This document shows, one piece after another, positions 28,241 through 36,771 of a DNA stretch of 64,000 nucleotides. Each line of letters opens with the position of its first letter. Position 1 is the stretch's first letter. A program made the translations under genes and the position numbers. A model generated the notes under the pieces. The model did not search any database and had not been told where the DNA came from. It worked only from the letters and a program-made list of their open reading frames with translations. Source of the stretch: a bacterium (GTDB lineage Bacteria; Patescibacteriota; Minisyncoccia; Phycocordibacterales; Phycocordibacteraceae); assembly GCA_021849125.1 (NCBI GenBank), contig JAJZTG010000001.1, positions 18,392 to 82,391 of the forward strand, written 5' to 3'.

Positions 28241-29571
28241 ATAAGGTCGTCACTCGTATCGCCCCTTCACCGACGGGTCGTTTCCATATCGGCACCGCAC
28301 GCACTGCGCTTTTCAACTATCTCTTCGCCCGCCACATGGGCGGCTCGTTCCTTATCCGCGTCGAAGATACCGACCGCGAGCGTAGCAAGCCCGAATTCGA
28401 GAAAGATATTCTGGACGGGCTCGCTGGGCTCGGCCTCGTCGCCGACGAGACGGTACGTCAGAGCGAACGCGTCGATCGGCACACCGAGCTTCTGAAAGAA
28501 CTCGTCGGACGCGATCTTGCCTACGTCTCCCACGAAGAAAGCAAGACCGAAGCGGGAAAGACCGTCGAGGTGGTGCGCCTTCGTAATCCAGGAAGGGAAG
28601 TGACCTTTCACGATGAGGTGCGCGGTGATATCACGTTCGATACGACCGAGCTCGGTGACTTCGTCATCGCCCGTTCGCTTACCGACCCGCTCTATCACTT
28701 CGCCGTCGTCGCTGATGACATGGACATGGGCGTCACGCATGTGATCCGCGGCGAAGACCATATCAGCAATACGCCCCGCCAGATACTGATCCAAGAAGCG
28801 ATCGGCGCGCCACGCCCGGTCTACGCGCATCTGCCGCTCATCCTCGACGAGAAGCGTGCGAAGCTCAGCAAGCGTTCTGGCGCGACCAGCGTCCAGGACT
28901 ATCTCGACGAAGGCATACTTCCGGAGGCGCTCGTAAACTATCTCGCGCTTCTCGGGTGGAACCCCGGCGACACGCGCGAGTATTTCACGCTTCAAGAACT
29001 TGTCGATGCGTTCTCGCTCGAAGGCATCCAGAAAAGCGGTGCCGCTTGGGACCGCGAAAAACTCTTGTCGGTCAACCAGCACTGGATGCGTGAGCTTACG
29101 ACCGATGCGTTCATCACCCGAGGCAACCTCACTGCACCCGATGAGAAGCTTCTTATCGAATCCGTCCCGCTCCTCAAAGAGCGTGCACGCACTTTTAGCG
29201 AAGCACGCGAACTCCTTTCCGGCGAGCTTTCCTGCCTGTTTACGAAGCCTGAACTCCACCGGGAGCTCCTCGTTGCAAAAGAACCTACCGAGCGCCCAGG
29301 GATGACCGAAACCGCCCTAGAAAGCCTCCAGGAGCCTATAAAATCCCTTCCTGAGGGCATTTCTGCCGAGGTGGTCAAAGAGTCGCTTATGCCGTTTGCT
29401 GACGCTGAGGAGGCAAAAGGGAAGGGAGGCAGGGGAGCGGTGCTCTGGCCGCTCCGGTATGCGCTTTCGGGTCGCGAGCGCTCGCCAGACCCTTTTACGC
29501 TTATCGCAATCCTCGGAAAAGAAGAGACGCTCTCTCGTTTGGAGAAAGCGGTTGCTATACTAGAAGGATGA
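28237..29571 (+). CDS. gltX: glutamyl-tRNA synthetase
   Basis: RIAPSPTGRFHIGTARTALFNY (HIGH) and KLSKRSG (KMSKS). Overlaps the murG stop by 4 nt. Confidence 0.92.
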   Translation: MNKVVTRIAPSPTGRFHIGTARTALFNYLFARHMGGSFLIRVEDTDRERSKPEFEKDILDGLAGLGLVADETVRQSERVDRHTELLKELVGRDLAYVSHEESKTEAGKTVEVVRLRNPGREVTFHDEVRGDITFDTTELGDFVIARSLTDPLYHFAVVADDMDMGVTHVIRGEDHISNTPRQILIQEAIGAPRPVYAHLPLILDEKRAKLSKRSGATSVQDYLDEGILPEALVNYLALLGWNPGDTREYFTLQELVDAFSLEGIQKSGAAWDREKLLSVNQHWMRELTTDAFITRGNLTAPDEKLLIESVPLLKERARTFSEARELLSGELSCLFTKPELHRELLVAKEPTERPGMTETALESLQEPIKSLPEGISAEVVKESLMPFADAEEAKGKGGRGAVLWPLRYALSGRERSPDPFTLIAILGKEETLSRLEKAVAILEG

Positions 29572-30926
29572 AGCGGTACGGTTCGATCTTTTTTCTTTTC
29601 ATCCTGGTAACCGCAGCATTTCTCGGCAACCCGAGATTGGCCCGGGCCGACGCCGCAGGCGACATTCAGGCGAAAATCGATGCTAACAAGCAACAGATCG
29701 ACGCCCTTGAGGCTGACATCGCTGCCTTCCAGAAACAGCTCGATACGCTCGGCACGAAACGCAATACGCTCCAATCCGCGATCGATACCCTGACGCTCTC
29801 CCAGAAGCAGCTTTCAACCCAGATCAAGATAACCCAGAACAAGATCGCTTCGGCAAACCTGGAGATCCAGCGTCTTTCGCTTTCCATCGGTGATAAGGAA
29901 AAATCGATCTCTGCAGATCAGCAAGCGATCTCAAAACAGCTGCAACAGATACGGGAGAAAGAACACATGCCGCTCATCGCTCAACTCATTTCTGCAGAAA
30001 CGTTGAGCGATGCTTGGAAGGCTGCAGATCAATCCCAACAGCTTAATGCAGCCTTGTCGAAGAATATCGACGACCTGCGCGCGGTCCGCACCGCGCTCGG
30101 CGTCGATCGGGACAAGGTCTCGGCAACCAAAGCGAGTCTTATCGCGCTTCAGAATGATCTCACGCTTGAGAAGCGTTCCGTAGACGCGAGCAAAGCGGCA
30201 CAACAGAGGCTTCTCAAGGAGACGAAAAACCAGGAAGCTAATTACCAGAAGCTGATAGCGCAGAAACAGGCCGCTGAGAAGTCTTTCGAGCAAGAGCTCG
30301 CAAGCCTGCAAAGCCAACTAAACCTTATCGTGCACTCGAACCTTCTCCCGAGAGTCGGGACCGGCATCTTGTCCTGGCCTTTCAGCAGCTCATTCATGTA
30401 CAATTGCGCGCAACGTAAGAAGGTTTTCGGAAACCCGTACTGTATAACGCAATACTTCGGCACCACTGCGTTCTCCACCGCAAATCCGCAAGTCTATAAT
30501 GGCCACGGGCATAACGCTATCGATATCGGCACGCCGATCGGTACGCCGATCAAAGCGGCTCTTGGCGGTACGGTACTCGGCACCGGTAATACCGACCTTT
30601 CTCATGACGCTCAAGGTCGCCAGTGCTATTCCTTCGGCAAGTGGGTCATGATCGTACACGGCAACGGCCTTAACACGCTCTACTCACACCTCTCGGAGAT
30701 CGATGTGGCAAAAGGACAGACCGTTTCTACCGGCCAAGTCATCGGTCTCTCCGGTATGACCGGCTATGCGACCGGGCCACACCTGCACTTCGGCGTGTAC
30801 GCGACCGAAGGTACGAAAATCATGACCTTGGGACAATTCAAATCAGAAAATGGAACCCGCTGTGCGAACGCGACTATGCCGGTCGCATCGATTGATGCCT
30901 ACCTGAATCCGCTTTCCTACCTCTAA
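29568..30926 (+). CDS. M23 family metallopeptidase with long N-terminal coiled coil (EnvC/murein hydrolase activator-like)
   Basis: Signal peptide and about 250 aa of coiled coil, then a LytM domain with HNAIDIG and HLHFGV. Overlaps the gltX stop. Confidence 0.8.
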   Translation: MKRYGSIFFLFILVTAAFLGNPRLARADAAGDIQAKIDANKQQIDALEADIAAFQKQLDTLGTKRNTLQSAIDTLTLSQKQLSTQIKITQNKIASANLEIQRLSLSIGDKEKSISADQQAISKQLQQIREKEHMPLIAQLISAETLSDAWKAADQSQQLNAALSKNIDDLRAVRTALGVDRDKVSATKASLIALQNDLTLEKRSVDASKAAQQRLLKETKNQEANYQKLIAQKQAAEKSFEQELASLQSQLNLIVHSNLLPRVGTGILSWPFSSSFMYNCAQRKKVFGNPYCITQYFGTTAFSTANPQVYNGHGHNAIDIGTPIGTPIKAALGGTVLGTGNTDLSHDAQGRQCYSFGKWVMIVHGNGLNTLYSHLSEIDVAKGQTVSTGQVIGLSGMTGYATGPHLHFGVYATEGTKIMTLGQFKSENGTRCANATMPVASIDAYLNPLSYL

Positions 30927-30976
30927 ATCTCGGCTGGCCGAGGAAAAGGAAAGGGGAGTGGTATACTGAAAACACC

Positions 30977-31156
30977 ATGTTCCACCTTATCTTCTGGCTG
31001 CTCGTCCTCTTTTTGGCGCTCTCTTTCTTCGGGATATCGATCCAAGCCGTCATAAGTTCACCGGCCGGCCAAGCGAACCTGCACTATATAGCCGCTCTTT
31101 TCGCATCCGTCTGGCATTGGCTGGTCCAGACAGTGCAGAGTACGGGGCTTTTCTAA
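30977..31156 (+). CDS. small two-helix membrane peptide (hypothetical, below ORF-track cutoff)
   Basis: MFHLIFWLLVLFLALSFFGISIQ... 59 aa; weak evidence. Confidence 0.25.
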   Translation: MFHLIFWLLVLFLALSFFGISIQAVISSPAGQANLHYIAALFASVWHWLVQTVQSTGLF

Positions 31157-31231
31157 ACCTCAGGCTTTGCCCTAGGATATTTACGCAAAAGATATATTGT
31201 GCGCACTTTATACGTAGAGCCCTCCCTTGAA

Positions 31232-31272
31232 GGAAGAGGCCCTCCCCGCTATGCTGGGAGGGCCTCTTCCTT
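31232..31272. terminator. bidirectional terminator, 15-bp perfect stem
   Basis: ggaagaggccctccc cgctatgct gggagggcctcttcc. Confidence 0.7.
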
Positions 31273-31295
31273 ATTTCTTAAAGCGCACAGCTGAT

Positions 31296-31415
31296 TTAGT
31301 TCTTCAATGCGATAACGATTACCTGAACCAGACTGATGAGGGTGCTTAGGAAGCCGGTCCAGAATGCGTAGACTTCGAGATTCGAGCCCCAACTTTTCTT
31401 ATGCTGCTTCGTCAT
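31296..31415 (-). CDS. small tail-anchored membrane peptide, paralog A (39 aa)
   Basis: MTKQHKKSWGSNLEVYAFWTGFLSTLISLVQVIVIALKN; paralogous to the 32426-32578 peptide (shared VYA..TGFLS.LISL core). The ORF track shows a longer, less plausible extension to 31505. Confidence 0.45.
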   Translation of the reverse strand: MTKQHKKSWGSNLEVYAFWTGFLSTLISLVQVIVIALKN

Positions 31416-31567
31416 ATGAGAAAAGCATATCATGGGCACGGCTTCTTGGACGCTACCCATTATCCACTTCCCTCTCCTATCCGTCCTTTCATGCTTTGAC
31501 TCCACTCTTAAATGCCCGTATCCTGAGTTCCAGCCAGCAACCCAAACCCTAAAAAGGAGGATTCTTT

Positions 31568-32341
31568 ATGTTCTTTCCGTACATAGGCATTACTGATTTC
31601 CTGTCATTTGAACAAGTCGCCCGGATGCTTACCGTGTTTAACGCACACAATCCGCAAGGATCCATGCGGCGACTGCATGTCGGCGTCATGATGAGCTACA
31701 AGACGCTTCACGGCATCGAGACGAAATGGTCGAAGGCCTTCCCGCCCAAGGAAGCCATTGCTAGTATCTTCGGCTCTGAAGAAACCTACAACTGCCTTCA
31801 CTATGCTGACTACGACCATATGCCGAACCTTGGGGAGACTCTCTACCGCGCGATTGGCTACGGTGGTATCGGAATCAACGCCATACAACTCGACATGCCC
31901 TGGCCTGATCCGAGACAAATCGTGCATGGCGTTCATATGTCCCGCCGAAATATCGAGGTCATCCTCCAGGTCGGCAAGGTTGCAATTGAGGAGGCAGACA
32001 ACGATCCTCAAATGGTCGTCCAGCGCCTTGAAGATTATGAGGGAGTGATTCATCGCGTCCTGCTCGACAAGAGCATGGGGCGCGGAGTCGGTATGGATGC
32101 GGTGGCACTACTTCCCTTCGCTCACGCCGTCAGGGCGAGGTTCCCAAACCTTGGCTTAGTCGCTGCAGGAGGGCTCGGACCACAAAGCATCAATCTGGTC
32201 GAACCACTGATCGCGGAGTTCCCCGATCTGAGTATCGACGCTCAAGGAAAACTGCGATCGAGCGGTAACGCACTTGATCCGATTGACTGGAATATAGCTG
32301 CTGAATACCTCGTCAAAGCCTTAGCCTTGTTCGGCAAATAG
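31568..32341 (+). CDS. phosphoribosylanthranilate isomerase (TrpF)-like TIM-barrel protein, orphan
   Basis: Strong SD aaaaaggagg. The N-terminal YIGITDF (like KICGIT), the internal HRVLLDKSMGRGVGMDAVALLPF (like ILLDTKTPEYGGSGKTFDWSLI) and the C-terminal LVAAGGLGPQSINLVEPLIAEFPDLSIDAQGKLRSSGNALDPIDWNIAAEYLVKA (like LSGGLNPENV...VDVSSGVE..PG.KD..KI..F) track the TrpF fold. Confidence 0.5.
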   Translation: MFFPYIGITDFLSFEQVARMLTVFNAHNPQGSMRRLHVGVMMSYKTLHGIETKWSKAFPPKEAIASIFGSEETYNCLHYADYDHMPNLGETLYRAIGYGGIGINAIQLDMPWPDPRQIVHGVHMSRRNIEVILQVGKVAIEEADNDPQMVVQRLEDYEGVIHRVLLDKSMGRGVGMDAVALLPFAHAVRARFPNLGLVAAGGLGPQSINLVEPLIAEFPDLSIDAQGKLRSSGNALDPIDWNIAAEYLVKALALFGK

Positions 32342-32357
32342 TGTGGCATTTCGCGCT

Positions 32358-32427
32358 GGGTACCCTTCGGGGTGCCCAGTTTTTGTACTCTTTGACTGCC
32401 GTAAAAGTTAGGTGCTACACCTAACTT
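32358..32427. terminator. two convergent terminator hairpins
   Basis: The hairpin ctgggtaccc ttcg gggtgcccag is followed by ttttt on the plus strand. The hairpin agttaggtg cta cacctaact is followed by a T-run on the minus strand. Confidence 0.6.
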
Positions 32428-32578
32428 ACTTGACGATCCGCAAGATGAGCATCGCGAGCGAAATGAGCATCGAGAGGAAGCCAGTGAGGACCGCATAAAC
32501 TTGCAGACGGCGCGTTCGGGCACCGTGACCCTTCGAATGCAGCGGCTTATTGAGGAGCCTCTTCTGACTAAAATCCAT
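32426..32578 (-). CDS. small tail-anchored membrane peptide, paralog B (50 aa)
   Basis: MDFSQKRLLNKPLHSKGHGARTRRLQVYAVLTGFLSMLISLAMLILRIVK. Begins 3 nt after the LOG stop. Not in the ORF track in this frame. Confidence 0.45.
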   Translation of the reverse strand: MDFSQKRLLNKPLHSKGHGARTRRLQVYAVLTGFLSMLISLAMLILRIVK

Positions 32579-32580
32579 GT

Positions 32581-33318
32581 CTAGCAGGAGACGTTCGCGA
32601 GGATATATTCATACGCCTCGTCGACCGAATCAACGAGCTTGTAGAGCTCCATGTCGGCTTCGTCGATATTCCCGAACTCCTTGTAGAGCGTATCGTGCAT
32701 GACGCCGAGGAGCGGCTCCCAATATTTCTTGCCGAAAACGACAATCGGAACCCTGCGGATCTTCTTGGTCTGCACCAAGGTGACGATCTCGAAGAACTCG
32801 TCGAGGGTACCGAAACCTCCCGGGAAATACACGTAGACTTCCGAAGCATACGTGAGCATCACCTTGCGCACGAAGAAATGGTCGAAGATGAAGCGGTCAG
32901 TGAGGTATGGATTGTAGCCCTGCGCATCGGCAAGATTGATATTGAGTCCGACCGACGCACCGCCAGCCTTGAAGGCACCCTCGTTCCCTGCTTGCATGAT
33001 GCCGGAGCTCCCGCCCGTAATGATCGCAAAACCTTTCTTCGAAAGACGCCCCGCGAGCTCGGAAGCGTGCTCGTAGTACTCTTCGCCGGGTTTGGTCCGC
33101 GCACTGCCGAAGAAGGTCGCAGCAAGGCTGTAGTGGCGGATGACGTCGAAACCTTCGACAAACTCTGACATGATCTTGAAGATGCGCCACGACTCGACCT
33201 TGTTCGGCTTACAGACGAGGAGCGGACGGTCTTCCGGCATGGCCTGACGGCCTTCATGGATGGCTTTTGCGAGGCGTTCTGCGGTCTCTTCGTTCGGTTT
33301 ATTGTGTTGCGTATCCAT
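32581..33318 (-). CDS. LOG family protein (cytokinin riboside 5'-monophosphate phosphoribohydrolase-like, TIGR00730)
   Basis: GGSSGIMQA and YFPGGFGTLDEFFEIVTL (PGGxGTxxE). Start chosen at ATG 33318 (MDTQHNKP). Confidence 0.8.
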   Translation of the reverse strand: MDTQHNKPNEETAERLAKAIHEGRQAMPEDRPLLVCKPNKVESWRIFKIMSEFVEGFDVIRHYSLAATFFGSARTKPGEEYYEHASELAGRLSKKGFAIITGGSSGIMQAGNEGAFKAGGASVGLNINLADAQGYNPYLTDRFIFDHFFVRKVMLTYASEVYVYFPGGFGTLDEFFEIVTLVQTKKIRRVPIVVFGKKYWEPLLGVMHDTLYKEFGNIDEADMELYKLVDSVDEAYEYILANVSC

Positions 33319-33340
33319 AGATACTTTCAATCTTAGCAGA

Positions 33341-33697
33341 TTACAGGCCCTTACAACCGGTGGCGAGCGTATAACCCGCTGCTTCCGCAGCCGAAGCCGA
33401 CGCAAAGGTTATCTTCGTAGCGCTTGAAAGACGACTCGCGCCGGCGCACATGACCGGATAGTACTTGGTGCCGTTTTTTGAAGCCACGACGCGCCCATCG
33501 GAGGGCAAGGGCGTGATAATGGCAGCAGTAGCCGTCCCCTGCCCTGCTGAGACCTGGAGACCTGCCTCACGGCCCGAAAGATAGCCTAAAGCGAAGCTTG
33601 CTGAGGCAGAGAGCAATAATATGGCTAAGATAAAGGCGTCTTTAGGGACGCGCGCGACTAGGCTTTTGCATTTTCCCGCCGCTTCTGCTATAGTCAT
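33341..33697 (-). CDS. small secreted/lipid-anchored hypothetical protein
   Basis: N-terminal hydrophobic segment ILAILLLSASASFALG, Cys at positions consistent with disulfide; Ala/Thr/Gly rich. Confidence 0.4.
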   Translation of the reverse strand: MTIAEAAGKCKSLVARVPKDAFILAILLLSASASFALGYLSGREAGLQVSAGQGTATAAIITPLPSDGRVVASKNGTKYYPVMCAGASRLSSATKITFASASAAEAAGYTLATGCKGL

Positions 33698-33716
33698 CAG
33701 GTAACACTATACCACT

Positions 33717-33989
33717 ATGGCATCAACTAAAGCCGGCGGTTCCGCGAAGAACCTCACTGATTCCAACCCGCAATATCTCGGCGTGAAGCTCGCTGACGGC
33801 GCGACGGCAAAGCCGGGCGCTATCATCGTGCGCCAGCGCGGCACGAAGATCGAGGCCGGCAAGAACGTAAAGGTCGGCAAAGACCACACGCTTTTCGCGA
33901 CGGCAGACGGCAAGGTCGCTTTCCGCACCTGCCGCAAGATCACCTTCACTGGCCACCGTACGACCAAGAAAGTCGTCGACGTGATCTAA
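33717..33989 (+). CDS. rpmA: 50S ribosomal protein L27
   Basis: [20 protein letters not shown]...[28 protein letters not shown] canonical L27. Confidence 0.92.
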   Translation: MASTKAGGSAKNLTDSNPQYLGVKLADGATAKPGAIIVRQRGTKIEAGKNVKVGKDHTLFATADGKVAFRTCRKITFTGHRTTKKVVDVI

Positions 33990-33999
33990 GTAATAAAAA

Positions 34000-34040
34000 T
34001 AAAAATCGCCGCAGATCGCGGCGATTTTTATTTTTGCCTA
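34000..34040. terminator. bidirectional terminator aaaaatcgccgc agat cgcggcgattttt
   Basis: perfect stem flanked by A- and T-runs between convergent rpmA and rplI. Confidence 0.7.
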
Positions 34041-34045
34041 GCTGA

Positions 34046-34489
34046 CTATTCAGCCTGGATCGTGATCGAAAACTTGCCGAACGTTTCAGCGGAAGAAACC
34101 GGCACGTCGAAGGTGCCTACTTCCTTGAAAGGGCGCTCGAGCTTGATGACGCCTTCCGGAAGCTCTACCTTCGCCTGCTCCTTGGTCGCCTTGAGGATCT
34201 CCGGCTCCCCCACCGCATCGTAGAGGTGACCCTTCTCGTTTGCTTTCACGGTGATCGTGATGTGCGCATCCGCAAGCGCCTCGATGCTCTGCGAAAGAAG
34301 TGCGGCATCGACCGCCGAGCGCTGCATCGCTTGGGTGCGGCGAACCTCGGCCTCCTTGAGCGCCACCTTCGTCGCCGGAACAGCGAGCTTCTTCGGAATA
34401 AGGAAATTGAGCGCGTATCCGTCGCTCACCTCTACCTCGGCATGCGCACGGCCCATGCCCTTCACGTCTTTCGTCAAAATTACTTTCAT
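34046..34489 (-). CDS. rplI: 50S ribosomal protein L9
   Basis: MKVILTKDVKGMGRAHAEVEVSDGYALNFLIPKKLA canonical L9 N-domain. Confidence 0.9.
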   Translation of the reverse strand: MKVILTKDVKGMGRAHAEVEVSDGYALNFLIPKKLAVPATKVALKEAEVRRTQAMQRSAVDAALLSQSIEALADAHITITVKANEKGHLYDAVGEPEILKATKEQAKVELPEGVIKLERPFKEVGTFDVPVSSAETFGKFSITIQAE

Positions 34490-34532
34490 ATACTTAGAAT
34501 CTAACGTATCCGACGGCCCCCGTCAAAACCGG

Positions 34533-35789
34533 CTATTTCCCTTCCGTTAGGAACTGGACGGCGCGAGCCATCTGCGGATCAAGCTTGTTCTTCTGATCGC
34601 TTGCCGTATAGGGCACGACGATATCCGGCGTGATGCCATTGCCCATGATCCAGTGACCTTCCGGCGTTATCCAGCGTGCGACGGTCACCTTGAGAGAGCC
34701 TTCGCCAAGGTCGAGCAAAGTCTGGACCGAACCCTTTCCGAACGACTTGGTGCCGATGAGAGTCGCGACGTGGTTATCTTGCAGGGCGCCCGCAAGGATC
34801 TCAGAGGCGGAAGCCGAACCGCTGTCGATAAGGACGACGACCTTTGTCCCGATAGGAATGTCGTTATAGCCGATACTCGTATCCTTTTCGTTCGGATGCT
34901 TGCCGTCGAAATCTTCGGTCACGATCGTGGTCCCTTTCGGGAGGAAGTGGCTCGCGACATCGATCGCCGCATCCAGATATCCGCCCGGATTCCCGCGAAC
35001 GTCGACCACGAGCTTCTTCGAGCCTGAAGCCTTGAAACGCTTAAACGCCTGGTCGAAGAGGCTCGCGGAATTCGCCGTGAACTGGTAGAGCGCGATGTGA
35101 TAAACACCGGTCTTCTCGTCGAGACCATCATCCGTCTCGGGCACCTGGATCGTCTCGCGGACAACCTTGACCTCAAGCGGTTTCTTATCGCGGAGCAGGG
35201 TCAGGACGACGGTTGTTCCGACCGGACCGCGGATCTCGCTTACCGCCGTCTCGACTGCAAGCCCTTCGGTGGACTTCCCGTCGATCGCCAAGATGAGATC
35301 GCCCGCTTTGATGCCGGCTGCTTCCGCCGGCGTACCCTTCAACGGTGCGACGACAGTGAGCACATCGTTCTTGATGCCGATCTCCATTCCGACGCCGGCG
35401 AAGCTTCCTGAGATGCTCTCCGAGAAAGCCTTCGCTTCCTTGGGCGGGAAAAAGACCGTATACGGATCGCCGTAGGCGCTCGCAAGACCGCTGATCATCC
35501 CATACAGTCGCTCCTCTTCCGTGGGAAGGCTTGAGGAAGCGTGTGTAACCACATAATTAGCCTCGAGCGCATTCCAGGCTTTCCAAAAATCAGTCAGATC
35601 GAGATTCTGATCAGGTGTCGCATCAAGCCCATCGCCTATGAAAGGAAGATGCGTTACGACCGCGGCGGCAGAATTGGTGTTCGATCCGAGAGAAAGCCCC
35701 GCAAAAAACGCGACCGCCGCGACCAGCGCGAAAGAGACGCCACGCATCGCGACCGAACGGCTACGCGCGAAAGTTTCGTGCATGCTCAT
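34533..35789 (-). CDS. ctpA: carboxyl-terminal processing protease (S41) with PDZ domain
   Basis: PDZ (GMEIGIKNDVLTVVAPLKGTPAEAAGIKAGDLILAIDG) and S41 catalytic region (VVLIDSGSASASEILAGAL, KSFGKGSVQ). Confidence 0.85.
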   Translation of the reverse strand: MSMHETFARSRSVAMRGVSFALVAAVAFFAGLSLGSNTNSAAAVVTHLPFIGDGLDATPDQNLDLTDFWKAWNALEANYVVTHASSSLPTEEERLYGMISGLASAYGDPYTVFFPPKEAKAFSESISGSFAGVGMEIGIKNDVLTVVAPLKGTPAEAAGIKAGDLILAIDGKSTEGLAVETAVSEIRGPVGTTVVLTLLRDKKPLEVKVVRETIQVPETDDGLDEKTGVYHIALYQFTANSASLFDQAFKRFKASGSKKLVVDVRGNPGGYLDAAIDVASHFLPKGTTIVTEDFDGKHPNEKDTSIGYNDIPIGTKVVVLIDSGSASASEILAGALQDNHVATLIGTKSFGKGSVQTLLDLGEGSLKVTVARWITPEGHWIMGNGITPDIVVPYTASDQKNKLDPQMARAVQFLTEGK

Positions 35790-35843
35790 TGCGGGGAGTA
35801 TATCACGCGTGAACGGTACGAGCTCATGCTATGCTATAGAGCG

Positions 35844-36764
35844 ATGATATTCCGCTACGTATACCGCGACGGCGTCTGGCTCGACCTTGAGCACCCTACG
35901 GAAGAAGAGGTGCACAGCATCGCGCAGGAGTTCGGCATCAGCGAGCGGCTGCAGACGGAAATCCTCACTCCGACCCCTTCCTCGCTCGTTGCAAGCGAAG
36001 AGGGCATGGTTTTCCTAGTGCTTCACTTCCCCACTAACGGCGCCAATGACGGCGTCATCCGCGACCAGGAGGTCGACTTTCTGGTTGGGAAGAATTTCAT
36101 CATCACGGTGCGCTACGAAGTCGTCGCTTCGCTCCACCGCCTCCAGAAAGTCCTTGAGACGCAGCGTCTCATCTCTTCCCATGACACCTTGACCACCGAC
36201 GTGATGCTCGAGATCCTTTTCGCACACCTGTATGCGGCAGTCCGCGACCATACCGCCACTATCGCGGAACGGTTAACCGGCATCGAGCGTGACATGTTCA
36301 GCGGACTTGAACGCAAGACCGTCCGCCTCATCTCTGACATAAGCCGCGAATTCCTGCACATCGAGGCTTCGCTCGCCAACCAAGAAAGTTCCTTGACCCG
36401 TTTCCTGAAGGCGCTCGCGCTTCGCCATTCCTTCGGCCCGTTCTTCGAAGAACGTTCCGAGCGTATCTTCGTCGAACGTGATCAGGTATCACGACTCGTT
36501 TCCACCTACCGCGCGGTCGCGACCGAGCTCCGGCAGACGAACGCATCGCTCCTTGAGTCTCGCCAGAACGACATCATGCGAGCGCTCACGATGATCACCG
36601 TACTCGTGCTTCCGCTCGAGCTTATCGCCGTGACCTTCGGCATCCATGCGCCCGGCACGCCGTTTGAGGGAGAGTCGAACGGATTCTGGATCATCATTAC
36701 CATCATGCTCTCGCTTACCGGCATCATGACCATCTTCTTCGCGAAGAAACGTTGGCTTTTCTGA
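35844..36764 (+). CDS. corA: CorA/MIT family divalent cation transporter with non-canonical GIH in place of GMN
   Basis: Two C-terminal TM helices: LTMITVLVLPLELIAVTFGIHAPGTPFEG and WIIITIMLSLTGIMTIFFAKKRWLF. The first aligns with CorA [28 protein letters not shown]. Start chosen at ATG 35844. Confidence 0.75.
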   Translation: MIFRYVYRDGVWLDLEHPTEEEVHSIAQEFGISERLQTEILTPTPSSLVASEEGMVFLVLHFPTNGANDGVIRDQEVDFLVGKNFIITVRYEVVASLHRLQKVLETQRLISSHDTLTTDVMLEILFAHLYAAVRDHTATIAERLTGIERDMFSGLERKTVRLISDISREFLHIEASLANQESSLTRFLKALALRHSFGPFFEERSERIFVERDQVSRLVSTYRAVATELRQTNASLLESRQNDIMRALTMITVLVLPLELIAVTFGIHAPGTPFEGESNGFWIIITIMLSLTGIMTIFFAKKRWLF

Positions 36765-36771
36765 TTGTGAT

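Noticed and set aside
31296-32578. The two small peptides as SecE homologs
   Set aside because: There is a superficial K-x-S-W plus TM resemblance to single-TM SecE. But the W-P motif, the conserved acidic C-terminus and the nusG/rplK context are all absent, and the presence of two paralogs argues against it.
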